A stretch of 64,000 nt of DNA from Candidatus Berkelbacteria bacterium RIFCSPLOWO2_01_FULL_50_28 (GTDB taxonomy: Bacteria > Patescibacteriota > UBA1384 > 2-12-FULL-50-11), in contig MEZX01000002.1 of assembly GCA_001774395.1 (NCBI GenBank), positions 402,108-466,107 on the forward strand, in the 5' to 3' direction. Below are positions 27,990-37,991 of this stretch, piece by piece. The notes beneath the pieces were generated by a model that was not told where the DNA came from, made no database searches, and saw only the letters and a list, made by a program, of their open reading frames with translations. Numbering within the stretch: the first letter of the stretch is position 1; the number at the start of each line of letters is the position of its first letter. Both the position numbers and the translations under genes were made by a program.

Positions 27990-30428
27990 ATGGCTCTAAA
28001 CACTTTATCAGCAGTTCGTAGCCCAAGTCGCCGGCTTTTAGAGATTCTGGTTCGTAAAGGCCAACTCAAACCCGGCTTTGAAAGTATCATCGGTGGTAAG
28101 AGCTTGACCGAAGTGGAGCAGTACTTGCTTGAAAAAAAACTAGTTTCCACGGAGCTGCTCGCCAAAGCTTTTGGCGATCTATACGGTTTACCGTTCATCC
28201 GCCTTGTTGATCGGCCGATTGCGCCGAACACAATTCGGCTGCTACCTCTGGAAATAGCTAAACGCTATAGCGTCGTGGTTTATCGGCTTGATGGTCTCAA
28301 TTTGTTTTTGGCAATTGGTGACCCGGCGCGTTTAGCGCAGAATGCGCCCCAGGTTCTGGTAGGTCTGCGACGGGAGCGGGGACTGAAAATAAACCTGGCC
28401 GTCACGTTGCCGGAAGACGTCGAAGCGGTTCTGAATAAACTGGATGACCAAGCGAAACCATTAATTCCGCCTGCTCCCGCACCTCCACCACAAGTGCAGG
28501 GACCAGAGACTCCACCACCGCCACCTCCCCCACCAGCCAAACACCTAGTAAAGCAAGTAGAGATGGTCGCCAAACCGATCGATCTAACTAGCCTAACTCT
28601 AAAGTCAGAGGATTTAAGAAAGATCCCGATCGACGTGGCCCGTCGCTACAAGATGCTGGTTTTCGAACAAGTACCCAAGCGTGGCGAGTACGAGCTACCG
28701 TTAATAAAACTTGCCGCGGTAAACCCGGAAGATCATCACGTCCGTGAAATAATTAACTACATCGAGGCTCGCAACAAGGTGCTGGTGGAACGCTACACGG
28801 TAAGTGTAGAAGGCTTTGAGACTGCGTTGAAGCAGTACACAGACCTCGACAAATCCATACCCAAAGTAGAGAAGGAGCAGCCCGTTATCCGTGAAGAAAA
28901 ACCGGTTATACCGTTAGAACAACCGCCTTCTCCACCGCCAAGCTCACCAATCGAGATACCCACAGTGAAGACTGAAATTCCCCAGTCGACCTCAAAAGAA
29001 TCTACCCAGCCTGACGAGCGCCCTTCAACGATGAAGTTTGACGAGGGAATCTCACTAAGCTCTGCCGATATCATCAGCCGGCCCAGTGCCAGCGACTCCC
29101 CGGAGGAGCTGAAGCGTCTCGCTCGAGAGCAAGAGTCCACTCTGGAAGATCAGGATCTCGACAAACTGCTTCAAGAACCAGTAACGTCGGTAGAGATTCT
29201 GGCTAAAGTTTTCCGCTCCGGTGTCATTCCGGAGATCGTTGCCGCGATGCTATTTCTGGGTATCCGCATGAAAGCGAGCGATGTTCATATCGAAGCTCAA
29301 GACAATATGGTTCGCTTGCGCTACCGAATTGACGGTATTTTGCACGACGTTATCCGCGTGCCCGGATTCTTGCTAGCGCCGCTTACTTCGCGCATCAAAA
29401 TTCTTTCCAAGATGAAAATTGACGAGCAAAGAATTCCCCAAGACGGTCGGTTCGATGTCGTAATCGACCATCGCCAGGTGGATTTACGTGTTTCGACGCT
29501 ACCGACGGTGCACGGCGAAAAAGTGGTGATGCGTCTTCTCGATAAATCGTCGGGTGTCTTAACGTTGGAGCAGCTCGGAGTAACGGGAAGCAACTTTGAT
29601 AACCTGATTGCCAACATCAACAAGCCTTACGGTGTTATTCTCTCTACCGGCCCAACCGGATCCGGTAAGTCAACGACACTGTATGCGATTCTCTCCCGCA
29701 TTAGTAAACCCGGCGTTAACATCATCACCCTGGAAGATCCGGTCGAGTACGAGCTGTCGGGAATTAACCAGTCGCAGGTTAAACCCCAGATTGGTTTTAC
29801 TTTTGCGGAAGGGCTCAGATCGGTTTTGCGTCAAGACCCGAACGTTATCATGGTGGGGGAGATTCGCGATTTGGAAACAGCGGCCATGGCTACCCATGCG
29901 GCTTTAACAGGTCACCTCGTGCTTTCCACCCTTCACACCAACGATGCGGCCGGTGCCCTGCCACGACTTATCAACATGGGCGTTGAGCCGTTCCTTATTA
30001 CTTCTTCGGTCAACGCTGTTATCGGTCAGAGATTAGTGCGCAAAGTGTGCGACAAATGCCGGGCTCGGACCACGATTCCGCCGGCAATCCTTACTTTCAT
30101 CAAAAAAGAGCTTGCGGCCATTCCTTCCACCCAAATGCGCCACATCGACCTCGATCAGCTCGTTTTTTATCACGGTACAGGTTGCGCAGAATGTGATAAT
30201 GGTTACTCCGGGCGGTTTGGAATTTTCGAAGTTCTGCCGATGAGCGATAAAATCGAGGAACTGGCGGTCCGCAAGGCGCCAACTTCGCAAATTAAGCATG
30301 CCGCAATCGCGGAGGGGATGATAACTATGACACAAGATGGTTTAATAAAGGCATTGAAGGGAATTACCACCGTTGACGAAGTTATCCGGGTGACGACGAC
30401 GGAAATTAAGGAAGTTCCCGGCGTATGA
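27990..30428 (+). CDS. pilB: type IV pilus assembly ATPase PilB (GspE family) with two N-terminal GspE_N domains and a Pro-rich linker
   Basis: Walker A GPTGSGKSTT, Asp/His boxes, a tetracysteine CDKC...CAEC motif, and a PPAPAPPPQVQGPETPPPPPPPP linker. 812 aa. Confidence 0.85.
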   Translation: MALNTLSAVRSPSRRLLEILVRKGQLKPGFESIIGGKSLTEVEQYLLEKKLVSTELLAKAFGDLYGLPFIRLVDRPIAPNTIRLLPLEIAKRYSVVVYRLDGLNLFLAIGDPARLAQNAPQVLVGLRRERGLKINLAVTLPEDVEAVLNKLDDQAKPLIPPAPAPPPQVQGPETPPPPPPPPAKHLVKQVEMVAKPIDLTSLTLKSEDLRKIPIDVARRYKMLVFEQVPKRGEYELPLIKLAAVNPEDHHVREIINYIEARNKVLVERYTVSVEGFETALKQYTDLDKSIPKVEKEQPVIREEKPVIPLEQPPSPPPSSPIEIPTVKTEIPQSTSKESTQPDERPSTMKFDEGISLSSADIISRPSASDSPEELKRLAREQESTLEDQDLDKLLQEPVTSVEILAKVFRSGVIPEIVAAMLFLGIRMKASDVHIEAQDNMVRLRYRIDGILHDVIRVPGFLLAPLTSRIKILSKMKIDEQRIPQDGRFDVVIDHRQVDLRVSTLPTVHGEKVVMRLLDKSSGVLTLEQLGVTGSNFDNLIANINKPYGVILSTGPTGSGKSTTLYAILSRISKPGVNIITLEDPVEYELSGINQSQVKPQIGFTFAEGLRSVLRQDPNVIMVGEIRDLETAAMATHAALTGHLVLSTLHTNDAAGALPRLINMGVEPFLITSSVNAVIGQRLVRKVCDKCRARTTIPPAILTFIKKELAAIPSTQMRHIDLDQLVFYHGTGCAECDNGYSGRFGIFEVLPMSDKIEELAVRKAPTSQIKHAAIAEGMITMTQDGLIKALKGITTVDEVIRVTTTEIKEVPGV

Positions 30429-30600
30429 TTAGGGCAATGATCAAATCCTCAAATCAACAAATTTTCAAAGATTATCTAGTAAGCATCATTTTTGATGATT
30501 TGGTTATTTGGTTATTCGATGATTGGTTCCCTCGTCGCTGGGTGGAAACTTTACGAGATGGTCACAACAAACTATATTTAATGCAGGGGGGAGAATACTG

Positions 30601-31668
30601 ATGGCTGAAGCAATGACAACCGAAATGAAGAAACTACTCGACCTGGCGATCGAGAAGTCAGCCAGTGACCTTCATATAACAGTTGGTGTATCGCCAATTC
30701 TGCGTATTGACGGAAAGATGCTGCCGTTGGTTGATATTGCGGTAGTTACTCCTGAAATCTCCGAGCGGCTACTGATGAGCATTATGACCGCCGAACAGAT
30801 TGAGCGGCTGCATCAACGTCGAGAGCTCGACTTTTCGTTCGGTTACGGGAAGATGCGTTTTCGTACCAACGCCTTTTATCAAAAGGGAAATCTTTCCGCG
30901 GCTTTGCGGTTGATTCCTGTTCTTATCAAATCTATGGAGGAGCTTGGCGTGCCGCCAATTCTGGAGCGTTTTACCGAACCAAGCCAGGGGTTCGTTATTA
31001 TTACTGGCCCAACTGGCCACGGGAAATCAACGACGCTCGCGGCCTTAATCCAATCGATTAACGAGAAACGGGCCGAGCACATTATTACCATTGAAGATCC
31101 GATCGAATATCTGTTCGAACACAAAAAGTCGATCGTGGAGCAGCGCGAAGTTGGGTCGGATACCAACTCGTTTGCTCGAGCGTTGCGCTCGGCCTTGCGC
31201 GAGGACCCGAACGTTATTCTGGTCGGCGAGATGCGCGATCTGGAAACTATCGAAGCCGCCCTCACGCTGGCTGAAACGGGGCACTTGGTTTTCACAACGC
31301 TCCACACCAACTCCGCGGCGCAGACCGCGGATCGTATCGTTGACGTTTTTCCGCCACATCAACAGCAGCAGGTACGAATGCAGTTGGCCAACGTCCTCTT
31401 GGGCGTTGTGAGCCAGCGGCTGCTACCGCGCGTTCAGGGCGGGCGAGTGCTAGCCACCGAGATAATGATGGCCAACTCAGCCGTTCGTAACACCATTCGC
31501 GAAGGCAAAACCCACCAGCTGCCAAATATCATTCAAACTTCAGCGTCCGAAGGAATGATTGCGCTCGACAAGGTTTTGGCCGAGCTCGTGAGCCGAGGCG
31601 AAATCACCATTGATACCGCGTTAGCCTGGGCGATCGATCCCAAAGCCTTTAAGATGATGGTGTACTAA
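30601..31668 (+). CDS. pilT: twitching motility ATPase PilT
   Basis: GPTGHGKSTT Walker A, AIRNTIREGK PilT motif. Start set at the ATG preceded by a GGGGGGAG SD; the ORF track gives 30523. Confidence 0.8.
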   Translation: MAEAMTTEMKKLLDLAIEKSASDLHITVGVSPILRIDGKMLPLVDIAVVTPEISERLLMSIMTAEQIERLHQRRELDFSFGYGKMRFRTNAFYQKGNLSAALRLIPVLIKSMEELGVPPILERFTEPSQGFVIITGPTGHGKSTTLAALIQSINEKRAEHIITIEDPIEYLFEHKKSIVEQREVGSDTNSFARALRSALREDPNVILVGEMRDLETIEAALTLAETGHLVFTTLHTNSAAQTADRIVDVFPPHQQQQVRMQLANVLLGVVSQRLLPRVQGGRVLATEIMMANSAVRNTIREGKTHQLPNIIQTSASEGMIALDKVLAELVSRGEITIDTALAWAIDPKAFKMMVY

Positions 31669-31804
31669 TGCTTCGCAAATTATCAATTTTCAGTTTTCAA
31701 TTTCCAAACGAGGTCAAATGCTCAAATTTTGAAAATTGTTTAATTGAAAATTCAATAAAAATTATTAATTGTAAATTGATAACTTTCCGAGCTTTGCGAG
31801 GAGC

Positions 31805-32884
31805 TTGGTAATGGCCACAACGTACGATTTCTATTCGGCGGTTTTTCGTCGAGTTAGCACCAAAGAGAGATCGTTTGCCAGCCGACAGCTGGCGGTAATG
31901 CTCGAGTCGGGCCTGCCAATCTCTCAAGCTGTACGTTCGTTAACCGAACAAACAAGCAACCCAACGCTGCAGGCGGTAATGAGCCAGATCCTGACGGATT
32001 TGGAGAACGGCTACAAGTTTTCTGACGCCATAAAAAAGCACCCGAAAGTTTTTAACGGCGTGTATACTTCAGTCATCGCTGCTGGTGAAGCAACCGGCAA
32101 GCTTGATGTCACCATGAACCTGATGGCCGACGAACAAGAACGCGATCTAGGTTTCACCCGACGGATCATCGGAGCGCTACTTTACCCGGCGTTCATCGTT
32201 GCGGCAATGATCGTGGTGGGCATTGTAATGGTGACCAAAATTGTCCCAGCCCTGGAGCAGGTTTTCACCGAGTCGAACGCTGTACTGCCCTGGACGACGC
32301 GCACCGTCGTGGCCATTACCAATAGCCTAATTAATTACTGGTGGGTTTACATCGGAGTTATCGCCGTGTTGGTTTTTCTTGTCGCCCGCTATCTGGCCAG
32401 TAACGAAGGACGGCGATCCTTCAACGCCGTACTTTTAAAAGTTCCAGTGTTCGGCACTTTAATCCGAAACTTAGAGATGGCGCGTTTCACCCGTATTTTG
32501 GGGATGATGATGCAGGCTGGTGTTCCGATCATTCAGGCGATCGATTCGGTCTCGCAGGTGATGGAAAATGAACTTTACAAAGAGGCCTTAGCGCAAGTGG
32601 CACGTAACGTTGAACGCGGCGCGCCTATCTCACAGTCTTTAGTGCGCGACAAAATGTTCCCCACCATTGTCACCCAAATGGTCGCAGTCGGGGAGCAGAC
32701 AGGACGGCTCGAAGCTGTGCTGCAGAAGCTGGCCTCATACTACGAGGAGGAAACCAACCAATCGATCAAAAATATCACCGCGCTGGTGGAGCCGGTCGTT
32801 TTTGTAATTGTCGGCTTGGGCGTGGCATTTCTGGTTTTTTCGATAATCGTGCCAATTTACGGCATTGCGAATATAATCAACTAA
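31805..32884 (+). CDS. pilC: type IV pilus inner-membrane platform protein PilC (T2SS F domain)
   Basis: Two GspF-like repeats with three TM segments. 359 aa. Confidence 0.75.
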   Translation: MVMATTYDFYSAVFRRVSTKERSFASRQLAVMLESGLPISQAVRSLTEQTSNPTLQAVMSQILTDLENGYKFSDAIKKHPKVFNGVYTSVIAAGEATGKLDVTMNLMADEQERDLGFTRRIIGALLYPAFIVAAMIVVGIVMVTKIVPALEQVFTESNAVLPWTTRTVVAITNSLINYWWVYIGVIAVLVFLVARYLASNEGRRSFNAVLLKVPVFGTLIRNLEMARFTRILGMMMQAGVPIIQAIDSVSQVMENELYKEALAQVARNVERGAPISQSLVRDKMFPTIVTQMVAVGEQTGRLEAVLQKLASYYEEETNQSIKNITALVEPVVFVIVGLGVAFLVFSIIVPIYGIANIIN

Positions 32885-32899
32885 TAAGGAGGAGGAAGA

Positions 32900-34135
32900 A
32901 TGAAGACTTACATTAAACATGTTCGCACGTTCGCCGGGCATCAACACGGCGCAGGTTTTACTTTAATCGAGTTGCTGATGGTGATCGCCATCATTGGAAT
33001 ACTTGCTACATTAGCGATTGTTTCCGTCCAGGGGGCGCAGAAAAAAGCCAGGGACACTAAACTCAAAACCAATGGGAATGCTATTACTAAGGCGTTAGCT
33101 CAGTATGAAGTTGATAACAGTAAATATTATGTGAGTGCGACTAACACCACATTCAACATAAATAGTGGCGGTAACGAGCTAGACACCGCTCTCTCTCAAT
33201 ACGTTAAGAGTACGGTTTACTCCAGTGGCAATGCGGCAAAATATACAAGTCCGGCCGATGGTTCCTCTTTCGCTCAGGCTTGGCAGCTAGAATCTACTGG
33301 TGAGGCGCCGATTACCAGCGGACCAGGTGTGTACGCCACCAATGCGGGTAACCTCGCTGGAGCAGTAGATGCGGGCAATGGCACAAGCTCAAGCGCTCTA
33401 AGTTTTGACGGCACAAACGACTTTGCGAGCATACCTAATAACGCTGCCTTCAACCCAGCTGGCAACTTCACAGTCTCGTTCTGGGTTAAGCCTTCCGGGG
33501 CTCTGGTGAATGACGCTGGATTAGTTGAAAAATGGAGTGGGCTTGGGGCGTATCCGTTTGCTTTTCGCATAAATAGTGCCACTAGTAGCGTGAAATTCTT
33601 ACGTTTTGACGGTGTGGCTACTACGGTTACCGCGACAGGAACGACGAATATTACCAGCGGTGGCAATAACGGATGGCATCACATTGTTGCGATAAAGAAT
33701 GGAGCATCGGACTCGTTGATCATCAATAATGGTACGGCAGTGACGGCAGCGGACAATTTAATACCACCAACGAACGCCACGGCAATCTTTTTGGGTTCTC
33801 GGGGTGGTGCGAGTAACTTCTTCAAGGGGCAAATTGACGATCTGCGAGTTTATAATACCAATCTAACCACTGGTATTGGATCTCAAGTAGAGGCACTCTA
33901 TAAACTGGGCTTAGGTACTTACGGCGCTAGCGGTATCGCTAACTTAGTGGGGTTATGGAGATTGGACGAAGGGCTAGGAACCACCATCGCTGACGGATCC
34001 ACGACTGCTGTAAACGGGTCTCTAGCAGCCCCAACCGCCACTCCAACATGGGTAGCTGGAAACGCACCCCTAGGCTTCACAGGAATTGGTTCCTCACTAA
34101 CCGGCCGCGCTTTTGTAACTTTCGGAATCCGTTAG
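32900..34135 (+). CDS. large pilin with prepilin leader and C-terminal LamG/concanavalin-A-like domain
   Basis: Leader ...GHQHGAG|FTLIELLMVIAIIG. The C-terminal region (NFTVSFWVKP...GQIDDLRVYN) is LamG-like. Confidence 0.65.
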   Translation: MKTYIKHVRTFAGHQHGAGFTLIELLMVIAIIGILATLAIVSVQGAQKKARDTKLKTNGNAITKALAQYEVDNSKYYVSATNTTFNINSGGNELDTALSQYVKSTVYSSGNAAKYTSPADGSSFAQAWQLESTGEAPITSGPGVYATNAGNLAGAVDAGNGTSSSALSFDGTNDFASIPNNAAFNPAGNFTVSFWVKPSGALVNDAGLVEKWSGLGAYPFAFRINSATSSVKFLRFDGVATTVTATGTTNITSGGNNGWHHIVAIKNGASDSLIINNGTAVTAADNLIPPTNATAIFLGSRGGASNFFKGQIDDLRVYNTNLTTGIGSQVEALYKLGLGTYGASGIANLVGLWRLDEGLGTTIADGSTTAVNGSLAAPTATPTWVAGNAPLGFTGIGSSLTGRAFVTFGIR

Positions 34136-34151
34136 TAGGCTTGACAGATTC

Positions 34152-34179
34152 TTGACAAGAGTGGGATGGGGGTTAATAT
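34152..34179 (+). promoter_or_regulatory. putative strong sigma70 promoter of the major pilin gene (TTGACA-16-TAATAT)
   Basis: TTGACA at 34152-34157 and TAATAT at 34174-34179. A roughly 150-nt structured leader, then AGGAGGAATAATG. Confidence 0.45.
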
Positions 34180-34336
34180 TAGAGTTAATGGCTTTCACCA
34201 GTCGTGGATACGGAGGGGTGGTCGACGGAGGCTCAAATGATGGGCAAGCGAAAGCTTGCCATGACAGGCGTTCGCTTGCCGCTTGGTTGTTTAAAAGCAG
34301 CGGCAAAGCACGCTCATCATAAGAATAGGAGGAATA

Positions 34337-34870
34337 ATGAAATTAAGAAAAATGAAGGGTTTTACCCTTATTGAACTGTTGGTCGTTATCGCGATCATCG
34401 GTATCCTAGCGGCGCTCGTTATTGTGTCGCTATCAGGTGCCCGAAATAAAGCAAACGACACGAAGTACAAGAGCAACCTGCGAACCCTCGCGGGTGCGGT
34501 AGAGCAGTACTCATTGGACCAGACCAACCCAGCTGATTATCCGGAAAATGCTGTATCCAACAATGGCGTTGACGAAGCTTTCACTGCGGCTCTCCTTGGA
34601 GCCGAGCTCAACGCGTATCTTGGTCAGGGCGGTACTTCTGCTGCTTGGGACTTTGGCACGCAGACAACGGGTTACGAAGAGGGTAGCACCAACGCCCCAT
34701 CTGAAACATGGGCTAGCTATGTAAAGTTGCTTAATACCAACGACAGCAGCACCGGCGTTCTTGCCGTAACATCAGCGGGAACCGTAACCGTAAATAGTAT
34801 TGTTATGAACCGACTCGGAAATGGTCTAGCGGTTAACGATAAGCTGTTCACGTTCTTCGGTCCGCAGTAG
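34337..34870 (+). CDS. pilA: type IV major pilin candidate
   Basis: MKLRKMKG|FTLIELLVVIAIIGILAAL. Has its own consensus promoter and a tandem terminator. Confidence 0.75.
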   Translation: MKLRKMKGFTLIELLVVIAIIGILAALVIVSLSGARNKANDTKYKSNLRTLAGAVEQYSLDQTNPADYPENAVSNNGVDEAFTAALLGAELNAYLGQGGTSAAWDFGTQTTGYEEGSTNAPSETWASYVKLLNTNDSSTGVLAVTSAGTVTVNSIVMNRLGNGLAVNDKLFTFFGPQ

Positions 34871-34927
34871 CCTGCATTCGATTCAAGATTAGAAACTAAG
34901 AAATCAGATCGATTAGATAGGAGCAAG

Positions 34928-34956
34928 AAAAGCCCCGAGAGGGGGCTTTTCTTGTT
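34928..34956 (+). terminator. rho-independent terminator after the major pilin gene
   Basis: AAAAGCCCCGAGAGGGGGCTTTTCTTGTT. Confidence 0.7.
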
Positions 34957-34986
34957 ACCCCAATTTTTCTTCAACCCCCACAGGTT

Positions 34987-35032
34987 AAGGCCTGCCCTCT
35001 ACCTGTACGTTAACTGGTAGAGGGCAGGCCTT
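34987..35032. repeat. 17-bp perfect inverted repeat with 12-nt loop between pilin and pilD
   Basis: AAGGCCTGCCCTCTACC tgtacgttaact GGTAGAGGGCAGGCCTT. Confidence 0.6.
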
Positions 35033-35085
35033 CAGGGACGGTTTACATGTTTGAAATGCGGTGAATGAAAGGCTAATCTATTCTT

Positions 35086-35871
35086 ATGGAGGCGATAATC
35101 GTTTTTATCTTTGGGTTGATCTTCGGCTCATTTCTGAATGTCGTTATTCTTCGTTTTGATGACTGGCTATCTATTCTGAAGGGTCGTTCGCAGTGCCCAA
35201 AGTGCAAAACGAACCTGGGGTGGTACGACCTGGTTCCGCTGGTCAGCTATATTACGTTGCGTGGCAAGTGTCGTTACTGCACCAAACCAATCTCCTGGCA
35301 ATATCCAGTCGTGGAATTTGCCACGGCCGCCCTGCTTACATCGGGCTACGCCACAATTCTTGCTAACCCGGTTCTGCCCTTGTGGCAAGCCTGGGTGGAG
35401 GTGGCGCTCTTTGCTCTAATCCTCGGTGTGATATTGGTGATTTTCTTTCATGACTTGTACGAAATGATGATTCCCGAGGTCCTGTCATATATTCTGGTTA
35501 TCGCGGCGCTAGCCTTCTCGTTGATCTACTATAATGACGCCCTAGGGACGCTTTACGCCGCTCTGACGGGCTTTTTGCCGATTGCCCTGCTCGTATTTGC
35601 TGGCGGCGGTAAATGGATGGGAGAGGGCGATATAAAGCTCTCTGCAGGTTTGGCGCTATTGGTTGGCTGGCCGTCGGCGGTGGCGTACCTAGCGTTCTCA
35701 TTTATAGGTGGCGGACTCTTCGGTGTAGCAGCGATCGCGGCCGGTCGAGCGAAGCTGAAATCTGCTATTCCCTTTGCGCCGTTTCTAATTCTGGCGGCCT
35801 TTGTCACCTTCTTCTACGGACCACGAATCGTTGGCTGGTATCTGGGCATTTTGGGTTATGGCTACTATTAA
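35086..35871 (+). CDS. pilD: prepilin peptidase PilD (peptidase A24) with N-terminal zinc finger
   Basis: CPKCKTNLGWYDLVPLVSYITLRGKCRYC tetracysteine motif plus polytopic A24 domain (GEGDIKL). Confidence 0.8.
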   Translation: MEAIIVFIFGLIFGSFLNVVILRFDDWLSILKGRSQCPKCKTNLGWYDLVPLVSYITLRGKCRYCTKPISWQYPVVEFATAALLTSGYATILANPVLPLWQAWVEVALFALILGVILVIFFHDLYEMMIPEVLSYILVIAALAFSLIYYNDALGTLYAALTGFLPIALLVFAGGGKWMGEGDIKLSAGLALLVGWPSAVAYLAFSFIGGGLFGVAAIAAGRAKLKSAIPFAPFLILAAFVTFFYGPRIVGWYLGILGYGYY

Positions 35872-36610
35872 GTCAGCAATTAGGCGGGGCTTTACGCTAA
35901 TTGAACTTCTCCTCGTGATAGCTATTATCGGCTTACTTACTGGGCTACTTGTGCCTTCGGTTGAGCGCAGTATGTCAAAGAACCGCGTGGCTAATGACAT
36001 CGAAGTTCTTCGCTCCAAGCTGGAGGAAGTTCGTCTGTTGGCTGGTTCGGCTCGTGACGCCGACGAAGCTTCCAGTGTTACCGAGCGGCCAGATACGGAC
36101 AGAGCTGGCTACTACGGAATCTATTTCCCGCCAACCGATCAGCTGCTCGGCCAGAAGCATTTCTATGCGTTAATTCGTTTGTCTTGGCCGGTCAACGGCT
36201 GGGATCCGGCCGACCCGGGCAACACGGCGAAAAGGCGCTTTGACCCAAATACACCCGGCTACTGTACCCCAGGTCAGGCGGCGCAAGACGCTCGCAACGG
36301 CTCGGGCGACTGCCTCGTGGAACGAGTAAACCTATCTAGCGGCGTTACTTTCACCCTCTTGCCGTACATGTGGCGCAACCGCGTCATCGCTTACCGGGCT
36401 CCTAGCCAACAACTTGTTGAATTATTATGCGAGCGGCCTTGCGAGAACGGTGCCAACCATTGGCAGGAGAACCCGAGCGGTCCGAAGTTCGATCAAGCCG
36501 GAGTCAGCAACGCCAACGGTATCTATTTTGAGCTAAATTTCAGCCTCAAGACGGCAAGAGTGAAATATGCGCCTTATTCGGCTAAGCTAACTGTAGACTA
36601 CTCACTATGA
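35858..36610 (+). CDS. pseudopilin / minor pilin
   Basis: MATIKSAIRRG|FTLIELLLVIAIIGLL. Start set at the internal ATG; overlaps pilD by 14 nt. The ORF track gives 35801. Confidence 0.6.
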   Translation: MATIKSAIRRGFTLIELLLVIAIIGLLTGLLVPSVERSMSKNRVANDIEVLRSKLEEVRLLAGSARDADEASSVTERPDTDRAGYYGIYFPPTDQLLGQKHFYALIRLSWPVNGWDPADPGNTAKRRFDPNTPGYCTPGQAAQDARNGSGDCLVERVNLSSGVTFTLLPYMWRNRVIAYRAPSQQLVELLCERPCENGANHWQENPSGPKFDQAGVSNANGIYFELNFSLKTARVKYAPYSAKLTVDYSL

Positions 36611-37326
36611 AGACATCTCCCCGAGCCTTTTCCCTGCTGGAAACTTTGATTGCCGCCGGGATTTTAATTATCGTCGTTAGCGCTATCACCGCGCTTTCAA
36701 ACTCGCTGGTTGCCGGGACGGTTAACAGCTCCGATCGCGCCGTCACTAACCGTTGGGCCGCTGAAGCACTCGAGCTTACCAAGAAAATTCGTGACGACTC
36801 AGTGAAATCTAGTCAACCGATCTGGTTCTCTCAAGCGGAGAACATCAACAAGTACGGCTGGTACGTTCTGCAAAAAAATATGAGCACCCAACGCTGGGAG
36901 TTGAAAACTTCAACGCTACCCAGTGCGAACGCATTAACCACTTCTCAGGTGATTAATAACGCCGAACCGTTAACGGCTGATGTTTTAAAAGGCTATCGTC
37001 TGATTTGTGTTGAAGCCGTTGGCGCGGTATCGGATCGAAGCAACGAATTCGATCAAGACAGGATTTACTGCAATACTGACCAGTCAAACACCGTCATAAG
37101 TTCTGACGGTAATCGTAGCAACCTAGAAGCTCCTTGCGATGCCGCAGATGTATTTTGCGATCTAACAATGAATTCTGTTCAGAAAAATCACTTCGACCAA
37201 ACAAAAATTATTCCCGCTGGTAGCGCCGTGAAAATCCGCGCTGTAGTACTCTGGCCAGATAAAGACGGCTTCAAAACCACTAGCATTTCAACGATGCTAA
37301 CTAACTGGAAGACAAATGGTTATTAA
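36607..37326 (+). CDS. pseudopilin / minor pilin (PilW/GspJ-like)
   Basis: MKTSPRA|FSLLETLIAAGILIIVVSAI prepilin-type N-terminus. Confidence 0.55.
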   Translation: MKTSPRAFSLLETLIAAGILIIVVSAITALSNSLVAGTVNSSDRAVTNRWAAEALELTKKIRDDSVKSSQPIWFSQAENINKYGWYVLQKNMSTQRWELKTSTLPSANALTTSQVINNAEPLTADVLKGYRLICVEAVGAVSDRSNEFDQDRIYCNTDQSNTVISSDGNRSNLEAPCDAADVFCDLTMNSVQKNHFDQTKIIPAGSAVKIRAVVLWPDKDGFKTTSISTMLTNWKTNGY

Positions 37327-37990
37327 AAAAAGCGGTTACACTCTGCTGGAAATGCTTGTGGCGGTAACCATATTTTCTGGGTTGCTGATAATAGTACTCG
37401 GATCGGTTGCCTCATCGAGCTCGTCGGCGGCGCGCACCTCAGTTCTACGAGAAAAAACAGAAGCCGCTCGTTCGCTTATCGACCAGGTTAGTAACGACTT
37501 TCGTTACATTTATACCGATACTAGCACTGGGGATACAAATGGCGGACCAACTTTTACGGGCTACTATTTTACAACTAATGGCATGGTGATGCTCCTGAAG
37601 TTTCCAAGCACTTCCAGTACCGAGTTTGTGCGCAAAGAGTACTCTGTTAAGACAATAGACAACCGTCTCACTTTAGCGGTTGATGAAAACCGCAGCTGCG
37701 AACTTCGGGGCAATAATAACAACGTCCACTGTGATCCCAACGGCCGAGCTGGAGAGCGCGACCTGCTCTCGGGGCAGTTTGCCCTTAACGGTGGAGCGAC
37801 CGACTTTCTTAGTGATCTTAGTGGCTTAACAATTCCGGACGGTGCAGCCACCGAGCAAAACGGTTGGCTGAAGATCAACTTTACGGTCAAACCAATCGAC
37901 TACGCACCGCTCAACTGTGAGAATTCCACCCAAGTGCCGGAGGGAACATGCTACGAGATTGCCACAACCTTAGTTCCAAACAATCAATAA
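37316..37990 (+). CDS. pseudopilin / minor pilin
   Basis: MVIKKSG|YTLLEMLVAVTIFSGLLII. Confidence 0.55.
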   Translation: MVIKKSGYTLLEMLVAVTIFSGLLIIVLGSVASSSSSAARTSVLREKTEAARSLIDQVSNDFRYIYTDTSTGDTNGGPTFTGYYFTTNGMVMLLKFPSTSSTEFVRKEYSVKTIDNRLTLAVDENRSCELRGNNNNVHCDPNGRAGERDLLSGQFALNGGATDFLSDLSGLTIPDGAATEQNGWLKINFTVKPIDYAPLNCENSTQVPEGTCYEIATTLVPNNQ

Positions 37991-37991
37991 A

